A stretch of DNA of 64,000 nt from Macrostomum lignano (lineage: Eukaryota), in contig NIVC01003740.1 in NCBI GenBank assembly GCA_002269645.1, forward strand, positions 15,616 through 79,615, written 5' to 3'. Below the pieces are notes generated by a model. That model saw only the letters and a program-made list of their open reading frames with translations, was not told the DNA's origin and searched no databases. The translations under genes and the position numbers were made by a program. Below, piece by piece: positions 13,927-26,521 of the stretch (position 1 is the first letter of the stretch; each line of letters opens with the position of its first letter).

Positions 13927-16900
13927 ATGCTTAGCCGAGCCCTGAGATGCGCGCCCTGGCGCAGCTCGCCACGCCGCTTGCTGTCAGCCAAGGCCGCGGC
14001 GGCGAGGCGAACCCCGCTGTTCGACCTGCACACCGAGTTCGGCGGCCGGATGGTCGAGTTCGCCGGCCACCAGCTGCCGGTGCAGTACGCGGCAGGTGGC
14101 ATCGTGGCGGAGCACAAGCACGCTAGGGAGAGCGCCGGCCTGTTCGACGTGAGCCACATGCAGCAGCTGCGCGTCTGCGGCGTCAACAGGGACAGCCTGG
14201 TGTCCTTCCTCACCGTGGCCGACGTCGCCGCCTTGGCGCCTGGACAGGTGGGTCGATTTTCGGGCCTGCGAATCCTTGAAATCAAACTGCCCACCGACTG
14301 CAACGCATAATCAGCTTTCAGCTATGTACAACAGCAGACACCCACACCCCTATGTGTACACTACTTTGACCCCATCTACCATGTACACTCGCTGCCCCAA
14401 CCCCATCCCAATGTACACTCACTGCCCCAGCCCCACCCTAATGTACACTCACTGCCCCAACCCCACCCCAATGTACACTCACTGCCCCAACCCCACCCCA
14501 ATGTACACTCACTGCCCCGAATTCCGCAGGCCTGTCTGTCGCTGTTTCTGAACGGCCAGGGCCGCATCATGGACGACCTGATTGTCAGCCGGTGCCGCGA
14601 GCCGCACTTCTACCTGGTCACCAATGCCGGGTGCGCAGAGAAAATCCGAGCCCACCTGGACCACTGGGCTGGCGTGTTTCAGGTGGGCAAACCATCTCAC
14701 TACGATCCTGTTTATTGAGTGTCTTCCATATTTTGTTTTGCATGCTTCAATCTGCAAATTTTGGGTGCATCTGCAGACCACAAAGTCCCTAATAAGGGTG
14801 GTGGGCAGAGCAGCTCAGCGCCAAACGCTGCTGACTCTCGCGCCAGACCCCTGGTTCGATTCCGCGCACTGCCAGATTCACTTGAGGCTCGGGCAATTCG
14901 CAGACATAAGGGCCAACCCCGTTGTCAGGGCCGCTCTGTCTCCATTCTAAAGTAGTAATCGGGAGATACCCTAAATTTATTGCAGTATTGTATTCAATCA
15001 AGCCTTCAGCCTCAACCCCTACTCATCCAATCGGTCAGGCCAGGGCTCTCGACGTCCGCCTGGAGTACATGGACGCTGCACTGATGGCCCTGCAGGGCCC
15101 CCGCGCGGCCGAAGTGCTGGCCAAAGGCGTCACCGACTTCAAGCTGGCCGACCTCGCCTTCATGCACGGCCGCTACGCCACCGTGTTCGGCGTGCAGGAC
15201 TGCCGCATCACCAGGTGTGCGGGGCTGCGAGTATCCCCTTGGGGATTTGGTTGACTGTGATGAATATCCCCTTGGGGATTTGGTTGACTGTGATGAATAT
15301 CCCCTTGGGGATTTGGTTGACTGTGATGAATATCCCTTGGGGATTTGGTTGACTGTGATGAATATCCCCTTGGGATTTGGTTGACTGTGATGAATATCCC
15401 ATTGGGATTTGGTTGACTGTGATGAATATCCCATTGGAGATTTGGTTGACTGTGATGAATATCCCATTGGAGATTTGGTTGACTGTGATGAATATCCCAT
15501 TGGAGATTTGGTTGACTGTGATGAATATCCCATTGGAGATTTGGTTGACTGTGATGAATATCCCATTGGAGATTTGGTTGACTGTGATGAATATCCCATT
15601 GGAGATTTGGTTGACTGTGATGAATATCCCATTGGAGATTTGGTTGACTGTGATGAATATCCCATTGGAGATTTGGTTGACTGTGATGAATATACCATTG
15701 GAGATTTGGTTGACTGTGATGAATATCCCATTGGAGATTTGGTTGACTGTGATGAATATACCATTGGAGATTTGGTTGACTGTGATGAATATCCCATTGG
15801 AGATTTGGTTGACTGTGATGAATATCCCATTGGAGATTTGGTTGACTGTGATGAATATACCATTGGAGATTTGGTTGACTGTGATGAATATACCATTGGA
15901 GATTTGGTTGACTGTGATGAATATCCCATTGGAGATTTGGTTGACTGTGATGAATATCCCATTGGAGATTTGGTTGACTGTGAATATCCCATTGGAGATT
16001 TGGTTGACTTTGAATATCCCCTTGGAGATTTAGTTGACTGCTTTTATCCCCTTGAGTATTTCGTAGCAGCAAATATTCATTTTTATTAGCTGAATATTCC
16101 CAACAATGTCACGTGACCCGGCCGGCAGATGCGGCTACACAGGCATGGACGGCTTCGAGATCTCGGTGCCTCCGCAGGGTGCCATGACGGTGGCCCGTGC
16201 CCTTCTAGATGGCCCCCTGGTGAAGCCCATTGGCCTTGGGGCCAGGGACTCCCTGCGGCTGGAGGCCGGACTCTGTCTCTATGGCAACGATATTGACGAG
16301 ACGCGAACTCCGGTGCGTTTAGTAACTCTTTTTCAGTTAAAGCTTGGGCAGTTTTATCCGCGATTGGATAATATTCGCCATATAATAATAGAGTGCCAGT
16401 AAGAATCGCCCTGGAGTGCCAGTAAGAATCGCCCTGGAGTGCCAGTAAAAATCGCCCTGGAGTGCCAGTAAAAATCGCCCTGGAGTGCCAGTAAGAATCG
16501 CCCTGGAGTGCCAGTAAAAATCGCCCTGGAGTGCCAGTAAGAATCGCCCTGGAGTGCCAGTAAGAATCGCCCTGAAGTGCCAGTAAGAATCGCCCTGGAG
16601 TGCCAGTAAGAATCGCCCTGAAGTGCCAGTAAGAATCGCCCTGGAGTGCCAGTAAGAATCGCCCTGAAGTGCCAGTAAGAACCGCCCTGAAGTGCCAGTA
16701 AGAATCGCCCTGAAGTGCCAGTAAGAATCGCCCTGGAGTGCCAGTAAGAATCACCCTGGAGTGCCAGTAAGAATCGCCCTGGAGTGCCAGTAAGAATCGC
16801 CCTGAAGTGCCAGTAAGAATCGCCCTGAAGTGCCAGTAAGAATCGCCCATCCCTAACCATCGAGCAAGTTCAACCTCTGCGCAACCCGCAGGTGGAGGCC

Positions 16901-17864
16901 GGCCTCATGTGGACCGTGTCAAAGCGCCGTCGTCAGGAGGCCCAACAGCGTGGCTCCGAGGCGTTCCTCGGCGGCGAACAGCTGGCGGTGGCCTCCGCCA
17001 CGAAGCCGGAGGTCCGCCGGGTTGGCCTTCTGGGCCTGGAGGGGCCGCCTGCCCGGCACGGGGCTGCCGTGTTCGCTGAGAACGACGGAGATGAGCGTGA
17101 GCTGGGATCTCATGGGATCTTGGAGTAGCTGGGATCTCAGTGGGATCTTGGAGTAGCTGGGATCACAGTGGGTTCATGGAGTAGCTGGGATCTCAGTGGC
17201 ATCATGGAGGAGCTGGGATCTCAGTGGGATCTTGGAGTAGCAGGGATCTCAGTGGGATCTTGGAGTAGCTGGGATCACAGTGGGATCTTGTAGTAGCTGG
17301 AATCTCAGTGGTCTTGGAGTAGCTGGGATCTCGGTGGGATTATCGACTAGCTAGTTGGGATCACAGTGGGATCATGAAGTAGCTGGGATCTCAGTGGGAT
17401 CTTGGAGTAGCAGGGATCACAGTGGGATCTTGGAGTAGCAGGGATCACAGTGGGATCTTGGAGTAGCAGGGATCACAGTGGGATCTTGGAGTAGCAGGGA
17501 TCCTAGAATAGCCTGGGATCTCAGTGGGATCTCGGTAGGATAAAGTATTTTTTAAATCTGGAGATTTTACTTCGATTACATTTTTGAGATGTGAAACTGG
17601 AGCAAGGCTTGCTTGACCAGTTGAGGACGAAATACATGTATAGAAAATTAGCTTTCAAATCTCCCCATTGCAGCCATCGGCGTGGTGACCAGCGGCTGCA
17701 TGAGCCCCAGCCTCAACCAGCCCGTTGCCATGGGCTACCTGCGGCGCGCGAATTCCGCCGTGGGCACCCCGGTTCGGTTTGAGATTCGCGGCAAGCGGTA
17801 CCGGGGCGTGGTGGCCAAGATGCCATTCCTGCCCGCCACCTACTACACTGGCGGGCTGCGGTGA
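13927..17864 (+). CDS. AMT: Aminomethyltransferase (glycine cleavage system T protein), mitochondrial
   Basis: Exons 13927-14247, 14530-14682, 15039-15214, 16129-16312, 16892-17096 and 17674-17864, phases consistent. Arg-rich presequence; motifs [52 protein letters not shown] and KMPF. Confidence 0.96.
14345..14519. repeat. 30-bp minisatellite, AMT intron 1
   Basis: Unit ATGTACACTCACTGCCCCAACCCCACCCCA. Confidence 0.95.
15228..16050. repeat. 33-bp minisatellite, AMT intron 3
   Basis: Unit GAATATCCCATTGGAGATTTGGTTGACTGTGAT. Confidence 0.95.
16393..16847. repeat. 23-bp minisatellite, AMT intron 4
   Basis: Unit GTGCCAGTAAGAATCGCCCTGGA. Confidence 0.95.
17100..17535. repeat. ~28-bp minisatellite, AMT intron 5
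   Basis: Unit GCTGGGATCTCAGTGGGATCTTGGAGTA. Confidence 0.95.
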
Positions 17865-18573
17865 TCGCCTGCAGCCCTGAGCTGCGTCACGAGAGCTCGC
17901 TGGACCTTCTGGGCGCTAATTAGGGCTGGAGCAGTATTTTTCATCGATCCAATTGCTATTTTAGAAGTTAAAAAAAACTTGTCTATGAAGTGCACTAGTC
18001 CCAGAGAGAATCAAATTTAATTGATCTTTCAATAATACTAGAAACTAACTTGTATTTTCTCCTGCTCTGTTTAGTGATTTGACTACTTTTATATAATCAA
18101 GCACTTCAGTAGTAATTTAGCACATTTTGTCATTCTCAGCCAAAAGCCATTGCTCAAATCAATGCCAGTTAGCTTGACAGTGAAGAATCGAGCGCCTTCC
18201 AGAGGCCGAAATAAACAGCAAACTCTTGTCGAAGGCCAAGTTAAGGTTTGGCTAAATCAAATGTGCAGATTTGTCTCGGACGGCTCCAAACCTGGCCTTT
18301 GTTCTTTTATATTTTACGGTTTTACGATTGGCATACCGCCAGCTGTGCCAGACCTTTTCACAGATTTTCAAATGTCCACTCATACTACTTACTGCAATCC
18401 AGTCAGTCAGTAGCTTCAACGAAAAAAGAAATGAAGCCGAAATTTGTATTTTTAATCACACTGTCAGCTTATAAATAAAGGTTACATTGAGAAAAAGTTA
18501 AATAGAAAACTTGTCCGGGTCATACGATACAATCAAACTTGAACAAGTTCACGTGCACTCCAAGTGCGAGCCA

Positions 18574-21500
18574 CTACTTGTCTAGGATCTCAAAGAAGTA
18601 CTGCACCTCGAGCTGCGTGTCCTCGGGCAGGTCAGTGCAGTGCACGGCGTTCTGCACCTTGTCCTTGCCGAACCGGGCCCGCAGGGTGCGCGGCCGCAGG
18701 TGGCGGCCGATCTCCTGTCAATTTTGAGGGGTATTCGGGTGGCTAGTGTCCTGGGACCGGCAGGGGCATTCGGGTGGCTAGTGTCCTGGGACCGGCAGGG
18801 GCATTCGGGTGGCTAGTGTCCTGGGACCGGCAGGGGCATTCGGGTGGCTAGTGTCCTGGGACCGGCAGGGGCATTCGGGTGGCTAGTGTCCTGGGACCGG
18901 CAGGGGCATTCGGGTGGCTAGTGTCCTGGGACCGGCAGGGGCATTCGGGTGGCTAGTGTCCTGGGACCGGCAGGGGCATTCGGGTGGCTAGTGTCCTGGG
19001 ACCGGCAGGGGCATTCGGGTGGCTAGTGTCCTGGGACCGGCAGGGGCATTCGGGTGGCTAGTGTCCTGGGACCGGCAGTCACATTCGGGTGGCTAGTGTC
19101 CTGGGACCGGCAGGGGCATTCGGGTGGCTAGTGTCCTGGGACCGGCAGTCACATTCGGGTGGCTAGTGTCCTGGGACCGGCAGGGGCATTCGGGTGGCTA
19201 GTGTCCTGGGACCGGCAGGGGCATTCGGGTGGCTAGTGTCCTGGGACCGGCAGGGGCATTCGGGTGGCTAGTGTCCTGGGACCGGCAGGGGCATTCGGGT
19301 GGCTAGTGTCCTGGGACCGGCAGGGGCATTCGGGTGGCTAGTGTCCTGGGACCGGCAGGGGCATTCGGGTGGCTAGTGTCCTGGGACCGGCAGGGGCATT
19401 CGGGTGGCTAGTGTCCTGGGACCGGCAGGGGCATTCGGGTGGCTAGTGTCCTGACACCGGCAGGGACATTCGGGTGGCTAGTGTCCTGACACCGGCAGGG
19501 ACATTCGGGTGGCTAGTGTCCTGACACCGGCAGGGGCATTCGGGTGGCTAGTGTCCTGGGACCGGCAGGGACATTCGGGTGGCTAGTGTCCTGGGACCGG
19601 CAGGGACATTCGGGTGGCTAGTGTCCTGGGACCGGCAGGGGCATTCGGGTGGCTAGTGTCCTGGGACCGGCAGGGACATTCGGGTGGCTAGTGTCCTGGG
19701 ACCGGCAGGGGCATTCGGGTGGCTAGTGTCCTGGGACCGGCAGGGGCATTCGGGTGGCTAGTGTCCTGGGACCGGCAGGGGCATTCGGGTGGCTAGTGTC
19801 CTGGGACCGGCAGGGGCATTCGGGTGGCTAGTGTCCTGGGACCGGCAGGGGCATTCGGGTGGCTAGTGTCCTGGGACCGGCAGGGGCATTCGGGTGGCTA
19901 GTGTCCTGGGACCGGCAGGGGCATTCGGGTGGCTAGTGTCCTGGGACCGGCAGGGGCATTCGGGTGGCTAGTGTCCTGGGACCGGCAGGGGCATTCGGGT
20001 GGCTAGTGTCCTGGGACCGGCAGGGGCATTCGGGTGGCTAGTGTCCTGACACCGGCAGGGACATTCGGGTGGCTAGTGTCCTGACACCGGCAGGGACATT
20101 CGGGTGGCTAGTGTCCTGACACCGGCAGGGGCATTCGGGTGGCTAGTGTCCTGGGACCGGCAGGGACATTCGGGTGGCTAGTGTCCTGGGACCGGCGCAG
20201 TCACATTCGGGTGGCTAATGCCTGGGACCGGCGCAGTCACATTCGGGTGGCTAATGCCTGGGACCGGCTTGTTTGGCCAGGGACATGGGTTCGCCTACTG
20301 CCTGCCTCGTCCTAAGAACCGCATCAGAATTAGCAGAAACTTGGTCGCCCACAAACCACACTAGGATTCGCCCATAAAACACACTGGGATTCGCCCATAA
20401 AACAGACTGGGATTCGCCCATAAAACAGACTGGGATTCGCCCATAAAACACACTGGGATTCGCTCATAAAACACACTGGGATTCGCCCATAAAACACACT
20501 GGGATTCGCCCATAAAACACACTAGGATTCGCCCATAAAACACACTGGGATTCGCTCATAAAACACACTGGGATTCGCTCATAAAACACACTGGGATTCG
20601 CCCATAAAACACACTGGGATTCGCCCATAAAACACACTAGGATTCGCCCATAAAACACACTGGGATTCGCCCATAAAACACACTGGGATTCGCCCATAAA
20701 ACACACTAGGATTCGCCCATAAAACACACTGGGATTCGCTCATAAAACACACTGGGATTTGCCCTAAGCCAAAGCGAGTCTGTAGAGAAGCCCCAGTGCC
20801 GCCGGTGCTCACCGGGTCGGCGGGGCCGCAGAACTCGCGGAACTCCTTGTACACGTCGCCAGGTCCACCGATCTCCAAGACGACGCAGGGGCCGGAGGTG
20901 AGCTCGGCCACCATGGAGCTGTATTCGGCCACCACGCCTTTGTAGACCTCCAGGAACTCCTCAGCGTTCGCCTTGTCCAGGCGGAACATCGCCATGGCGT
21001 TGATGGAGAAGCCAGCCTCCGCGATGGCGGACAGGATCTGGCCGAGGCACCCGGAGGCCACGGCGTGCGGCTTCACCAGGCCGCAGGTGCAGCCTTCGCC
21101 GCCGCCGGAGGTGTTGGCGACTCGGGCGGGCCCGCTGGCTGGGAAGAAGAAGCCGAGCTCGCGGGCGGCGCTCGCCTCGCTGTCGGAGCCGTGGACGGCG
21201 TTGTTGGTGGCGTCCTGGCCGAAGCGGGCCCTCAGGCTGGTCGGCGCCTCCTGTCGGGCTCTGGCCGGGTCGGTCGGCCCGATGAGACTCCGCCAGGCCT
21301 GCGGCAAAGATGGCGGATTGAAATTTGCCATTGGAATCTGAGTGGGATTCTCCATTGGAATCTAAATGGGATTCTCCATTGGAATCTGAGTGGGATTCTC
21401 TATTGGAATCTGAGTGGGATTCTCCATTGGAATCTGAGTGGGATTCTCCATTGGAATCTAAATGGGATTCTCCATTGGAATCTAAATGGGATTCTCCATT

Positions 21501-22420
21501 GGAATCTAAATGGGATTCTCCATTGGAATCTAAATGGGATTCTCCATTGGAATCTAAATGGGATTCTCCATTGGAATCTAAATGGGATTCTCCATTGGAA
21601 TCTGAATGGGATTCTCCATTGGAATCTAAATGGGATTCTCCATTGGAATCTAAATGGGATTCTCCATTGGAATCTGAATGGGATTCTCCATTGGAATCTA
21701 AATGGGATTCTCCATTGGAATCTGAGTGGGATTCTCCATTGGAATCTGAGTGGGAATTTCCATTGGAATCTAAATGGGATTCTCCATTGACGTCAAAGCG
21801 AATCTTCAGAATTCACCTGTACAGCGTCAGGACCCATTAGCTCGATGGCCAGGATGGGGCCGGATGTGATGGAGCCGAGCAGCTGGGGCAGGAAGGATTT
21901 GCCCTCATGCTCGCGGTAAAACTCCAAAGCTTCCGACCTGCGAAGGGGATTGGAAAGGTTTGCTAATAAATCATTACTTCAAAGTGGATCGAGGGCATCG
22001 AGTGATGAAGGCGGGCCGCTGCACCACCACCCACCTGTCCAAACGGCCCATGCGCAGGTTGGCCACGGAGAGGCCGGCGGCCTGCGCGGCTTCCAAGATG
22101 GCGCCGGCCTTGGCGAAGGCGGCCGGCTTCACCAGCGCGCAGGTCCGCTCGGTGCGCTGGCCGAGGCGCCGCTTCGTGAAGTCGTCGCCGTAGTCAATGA
22201 AGGTGAGCTGGCGGGACAGCACGTTGACGGTGTTGCCGATGAACAGGTCGGCGAGCTTCAGGTTGTCCACGGTGGTCCGGCGAAGGAAGGAGCGCCGGTT
22301 TTTGAGGTCGAACATCTCGACAGTGTTGTCGGCGGTATGGTAAAGCAGCTGGTAGCGGCGCACGATGGCGGCCTGTGGATCGAACCACTCGGCGATGAGG
22401 GCGAACCGTTCGTCAGCCAT
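18574..22420 (-). CDS. NME7: Nucleoside diphosphate kinase 7 (DM10 domain plus two NDK domains)
   Basis: Minus-strand exons 22420-22035, 21937-21817, 21298-20813 and 18714-18574. Motifs: [12 protein letters not shown] (DM10), NAVHGSDS (NDK-A), [17 protein letters not shown] and [11 protein letters not shown] (NDK-B), ending [10 protein letters not shown]. Confidence 0.96.
18735..20268. repeat. 35-bp minisatellite (~43 copies), NME7 intron 3
   Basis: Unit CGGGTGGCTAGTGTCCTGGGACCGGCAGGGGCATT. Confidence 0.97.
20358..20760. repeat. 23-bp minisatellite, NME7 intron 3
   Basis: Unit CTGGGATTCGCCCATAAAACACA. Confidence 0.95.
21330..21789. repeat. 24-bp minisatellite, NME7 intron 2
   Basis: Unit CCATTGGAATCTAAATGGGATTCT. 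Confidence 0.95.
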
Positions 22421-24739
22421 AAAGTGGGGCAGTAGCAAGCGCTTGCTATTGGAGCTTCCATTTCAGAGAAGAAAATATAACAAAATAAATTAATATATTG
22501 TTAATGGCAGAAGTAAAACTGAATTACCAAGGAAAAACAAGCTGTAAAATTATAAGTCAAGGTTCAAAAAAAATTCATAAACTTTTAAAAAAGTTATAAT
22601 ATCAAGATATTAAATAAAGAGCATCTGTGAATATAGAATTCTATATAGCCTCCAATTGCCAGACATAATGAACTAAATACCAATACCATAGGGCCAAGAG
22701 TTGCCAGTTTGGCAATAGCAAAATAGAAAATAAAAACATCTATTTGAATTGATGATAACCCAATCTAGAGGCTTCAAATAACTGAGATATTATTCTTCAA
22801 TCAAATGCCTATTTAGCAATTCTAATAAAATTTTATATAAAAAACTTGTATGAAACTTAATTCAACTTAAATACTACTACTTAAACAATATTATCTATAA
22901 TTTTCAATAAACTCTGCAGAATTATTATGTTGTTTTGAATTTAGGTTCATTTTTATTAAAAGTCTTGTAAAAGTTAGTAGATAAAGAGGCAATTAATTCC
23001 CTTAGTTACTTTAAACTATGTATGGCTAGTGAAATACAACAATTCATTGTCAAATCAAATGCTAACTTATGTTGGGACATAAAAATCGATTGAATATTTA
23101 TCAGATTTAAATTGTTTCTTAAGTTGTCCGTCAACAGCTTTTTTATACGTTGTTGACCGATGGACGGCTAAAATCAAATAGAAAATTTGAAAAGGAATTG
23201 AACGCAAGCTTTGACGCGGACTATACGATGTAAAGTAAGCCGATTAAACGATTGATAATTTTGTCTCTCTTTGGTTAACGCTAGCACCTCTGGCTCTGAG
23301 AGACTTGAAAAAAACAAAAAAATTAATAGTACAAGACTTCGAAGTACAAAATATGCTATAGTTAATAACAACTTGGCTTTGAATTGAAGTAGCGAAATTG
23401 TATTTTTCGAGGTCGAATGCCTGACGCTTAAAATACCATCGATACGAAAATATTCCTCTATATACATCAAAAAAGTGAAATAAGAAATAAACTAAAAAAA
23501 TATTATTCCTGCATCAAACATTTTACGCTTTTTAACAAGAGAAAAATATTTATGTTTACTTTTTGTTATACACGTTAATCGTTTTATTATTTCAACTTCA
23601 TTGTCAGGAACGATTTGTACCGATTAAAAAAATGGGTCCCAATAATTTGAAATCGTCATTTATTCAAATAATCCACCTGTATTTTGAAAATCTTTGGGAC
23701 TTTATTGCATTGTTTCGGTTCTGTCGGATTTACTCGTCTAGAATTGTATAACGCTCATATATCGATCGTTTTTTCAACGGGAACAAGTTTTATATTTACC
23801 TTTTAAGTCAGATGTGATCGGGGATTTGTAGGGGAAATGTCCATTGTACCGTTCCCAGCTTTGCTCAAAACCGAGGGATCCATTCAAAAGTTCTTATGGT
23901 GGAAGCCTGTTGCAACTTACATGTACCTACCTGCTGGCCACTCCGATAAGCTGCTGTATCAACAGAGAGCTGTTCTGTCCCATTGGCGTGTTTCTCTTCA
24001 CAGTGCACATTCCAGCGGCTACAATTGCAGTGTCTACCTTCCAGACAATCTGGGTAAGTACGTGCTGCATTGCCCAGGATCTCTGCAACACAAAGTACAA
24101 AGCTCCATCGTAGCTCGTACATTGAATTACACCGAACGAAGAATACAAATTCTGTAGCACACCCTACATGTATACGTGACCGTTCCCCCCCCCAACTCAC
24201 GCTGTTACGCAGCAAAAAAATTAAGCAATGACTCTGAATGGCAGAGTGGCAAAAGGCAAAAGTGAATGGCAATGGCAAGTGTCATCACTCTCGTCATCAT
24301 GGCATCCAATCACCTATGCAGCCGCGGTTGATGAACTCTTGGTGCAGCTGCTGCCAGACATTCAAAACCGCCTGTCGCAACGGTTCAGCATTCTGCGCGG
24401 CTGCTAAACTCTGAATGCTCGGTGGAGCTAGGTTTATGTCGATTTGAGGAGACTTTGACGGCCTGTTTAAATGTGCGTATTGCTTTGCACAACACTACCC
24501 CTCACGGCCGTTCCTTTTACTTGGTATACCCCACTTTGCGTTGGCGTCTGGCGACGGCAGCCATTTCTAAATCGCCGATGGCATGCAAAACTTTTGGGCC
24601 GTGTGGCAGCGCGACAAGGACTACCATGGGCGTTGCCATGGATTTTAAGGTGGGGAGGTCGCCAAGAATTCAGCATGCACATCATGACTAATGACATGAC
24701 ATGACTAAATTCCTACAATTCCATTATTTTGATAATCGT

Positions 24740-24940
24740 GTTGTCAGCGCTCATTTTGGCGCCACAGGTACTCACTTTAGCGCCACAGGCACTCATTTTG
24801 GCGCCGCAGGCATTCCTTTTGGCGCCCTGAAGAAACATTATTTATTACCACAACGAGTCGCAAGGTGGGGGGGGCACAAAGCATTGGCATGTCCCCATCA
24901 TAGCATGTCCCCCTGTCCCCCCTTTGGCGACGTGCCTGAT
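24740..24940 (-). mobile_element. Family A MITE-like copy 3 (reverse orientation)
   Basis: The reverse complement gives CAGGCACGTCGCCAAAGGGGGGACAGGGGGAC...GGACATGCCAAT and AAAATGAGTGCCTGTGGCGCT units. Confidence 0.55.
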
Positions 24941-25284
24941 CGGACTATTCAAGTAGATCAGGACGGGAAGCTACGTTTCTTAGAAAGTTAAGGAGGCCGG
25001 CTGGTTTTCGCCGAAAAATACACTATGGAGATAGAGAGTTTCATTCTTTCAGCACAAAAATTGTTGTTGCTTTCAATAGGAGGCGGAACCAGAGTTCATC
25101 TTTTGGTATTTTTTACCTCTCTTTATATAATAACATAATTTTGAATTAATTACACAAAACATGTTTTTCATTTTTCTGTTTGGTGTTTATATTTTCTTCT
25201 AATTACTAACAATAACTATAAGTTGCGCTATGAGTTGTTGAACAAGCTCAGCTTGCAGTAATTGTCTCCACAGTCAGCTGTCAC

Positions 25285-26018
25285 CGCAGGCAGTTGTCTG
25301 TGCAGGGAGTTTGCAGGCAGTTGTCTGTGCAGGCAGTTTGCAGGCAGTTGTCTGTGCAGGCAGTTTGCAGGCAGTTGTCTGTGCAGGCAGTTGTCTGTGC
25401 AGGCAGTTGTCTGTGCAGGCAGTTTGCAGGCAGTTGTCTGTGCAGGCAGTTGTCTGTGCAGGCAGTTTGCAGGCAGTTGTCTGTGCAGGCAGTTGTCTGT
25501 GCAGGCAGTTGTCTGTGCAGGCAGTTGTCTGTGCAGGCAGTTGTCTGTGCAGGCAGTTGTCTGTGCAGGCAGTTGTCTGTGCAGGCAGTTGTCTGTGCAG
25601 GCAGTTTGCAGGCAGTTGTCTGTGCAGGCAGTTGTCTGTGCAGGCAGTTTGCAGGCAGTTGTCTGTGCAGGCAGTTGTCTGTGCAGGCAGTTGTCTGTGC
25701 AGGCAGTTGTCTGTGCAGGCAGTTGTCTGTGCAGGCAGTTGTCTGTGCAGGCAGTTTGCAGGCAGTTGTCTGTGCAGGCAGTTTGCAGGCAGTTGTCTGT
25801 GCAGGCAGTTTGCAGGCAGTTGTCTGTGCAGGCAGTTTGCAGGCAGTTGTCTGTGCAGGCAGTTTGCAGGCAGTTGTCTGTGCAGGCAGTTTGCAGGCAG
25901 TTGTCTGTGCAGGCAGTTTGCAGGCAGTTGTCTGTGCAGGCAGTTTGCAGGCAGTTGTCTGTGCAGGCAGTTTGCAGGCAGTTGTCTGTGCAGGCAGTTT
26001 GCAGGCAGTTGTCTGTGC
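25285..26018. repeat. Compound 16/11-bp minisatellite, intergenic
   Basis: Units GCAGGCAGTTGTCTGT and GCAGGCAGTTT. Confidence 0.95.
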
Positions 26019-26521
26019 TAGCATTTTATCATCTCTGCTACACATTTTGTTTCACAGTCAGCTATAAGAATGATAAAATAGATTCCTAAAACCAAATAGC
26101 CGAGCCGTGCCATTTTAATGGTTTGTATAGGCACAGGACACATATAATTGTAGGCAGTCGTTATTTGCACGGTAACTGAAATAAATACCCTATAAATAGT
26201 TATTTTATCAGGGACTACTCAATATTTGTCCCTGTATCTTTTATTTTGAGTTTAAACTAAACTCAAGCCGGTAGATGGAGTGTAGGCGTGTTTTATATGC
26301 ATATAGCTTAGCGTTTTCTATTAGTTCGTACTTTCTATAATTCAAAGTACGAATTAACGCTGGATTATTATGTCCCACTTTGCCAAGGACACAAACGTCT
26401 ATTGCACAATAATAGTAATACCCAGGGACTACTAAAACTACAGGGATGCGAAACAAGCCAAATAATGGTGAAAAAAGTTGGGGGCTCGTTTGAAAGCAGC
26501 GCTCTATGGCCGTTCCAACTA

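Noticed and set aside
17864-18574. Overlapping 3' UTRs of convergent AMT and NME7
   Set aside because: Candidate poly(A) signals (AATAAA at 18210 on +, ATTAAA at about 18451 on -) allow termination without overlap. It cannot be claimed without 3'-end data.
18735-20268. CRISPR-like appearance of the 35-bp array (and other 23-49 bp arrays)
   Set aside because: Units are head-to-tail without unique spacers, there are no cas genes, and the context is a eukaryotic intron.
24632-24644. RFX X-box-like GTTGCCATGGATT upstream of ciliary NME7; also GTTGCCAGTTTGGCAAT near 22700
   Set aside because: The first has a poor second half-site and lies about 2.2 kb from the ATG. The second has too long a spacer and resembles a transposon-end motif.
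23837-24704. Several 75-137 aa ORFs upstream of NME7
   Set aside because: No recognisable homology or consistent exon chain.
10327-26089. Long ORFs such as 10327-11262, 11488-12873, 15012-16089, 16086-16860, 21065-21840 and 25262-26089
   Set aside because: They are translations of stop-free minisatellites, often open in several frames and on both strands. Only the parts overlapping real exons are coding.
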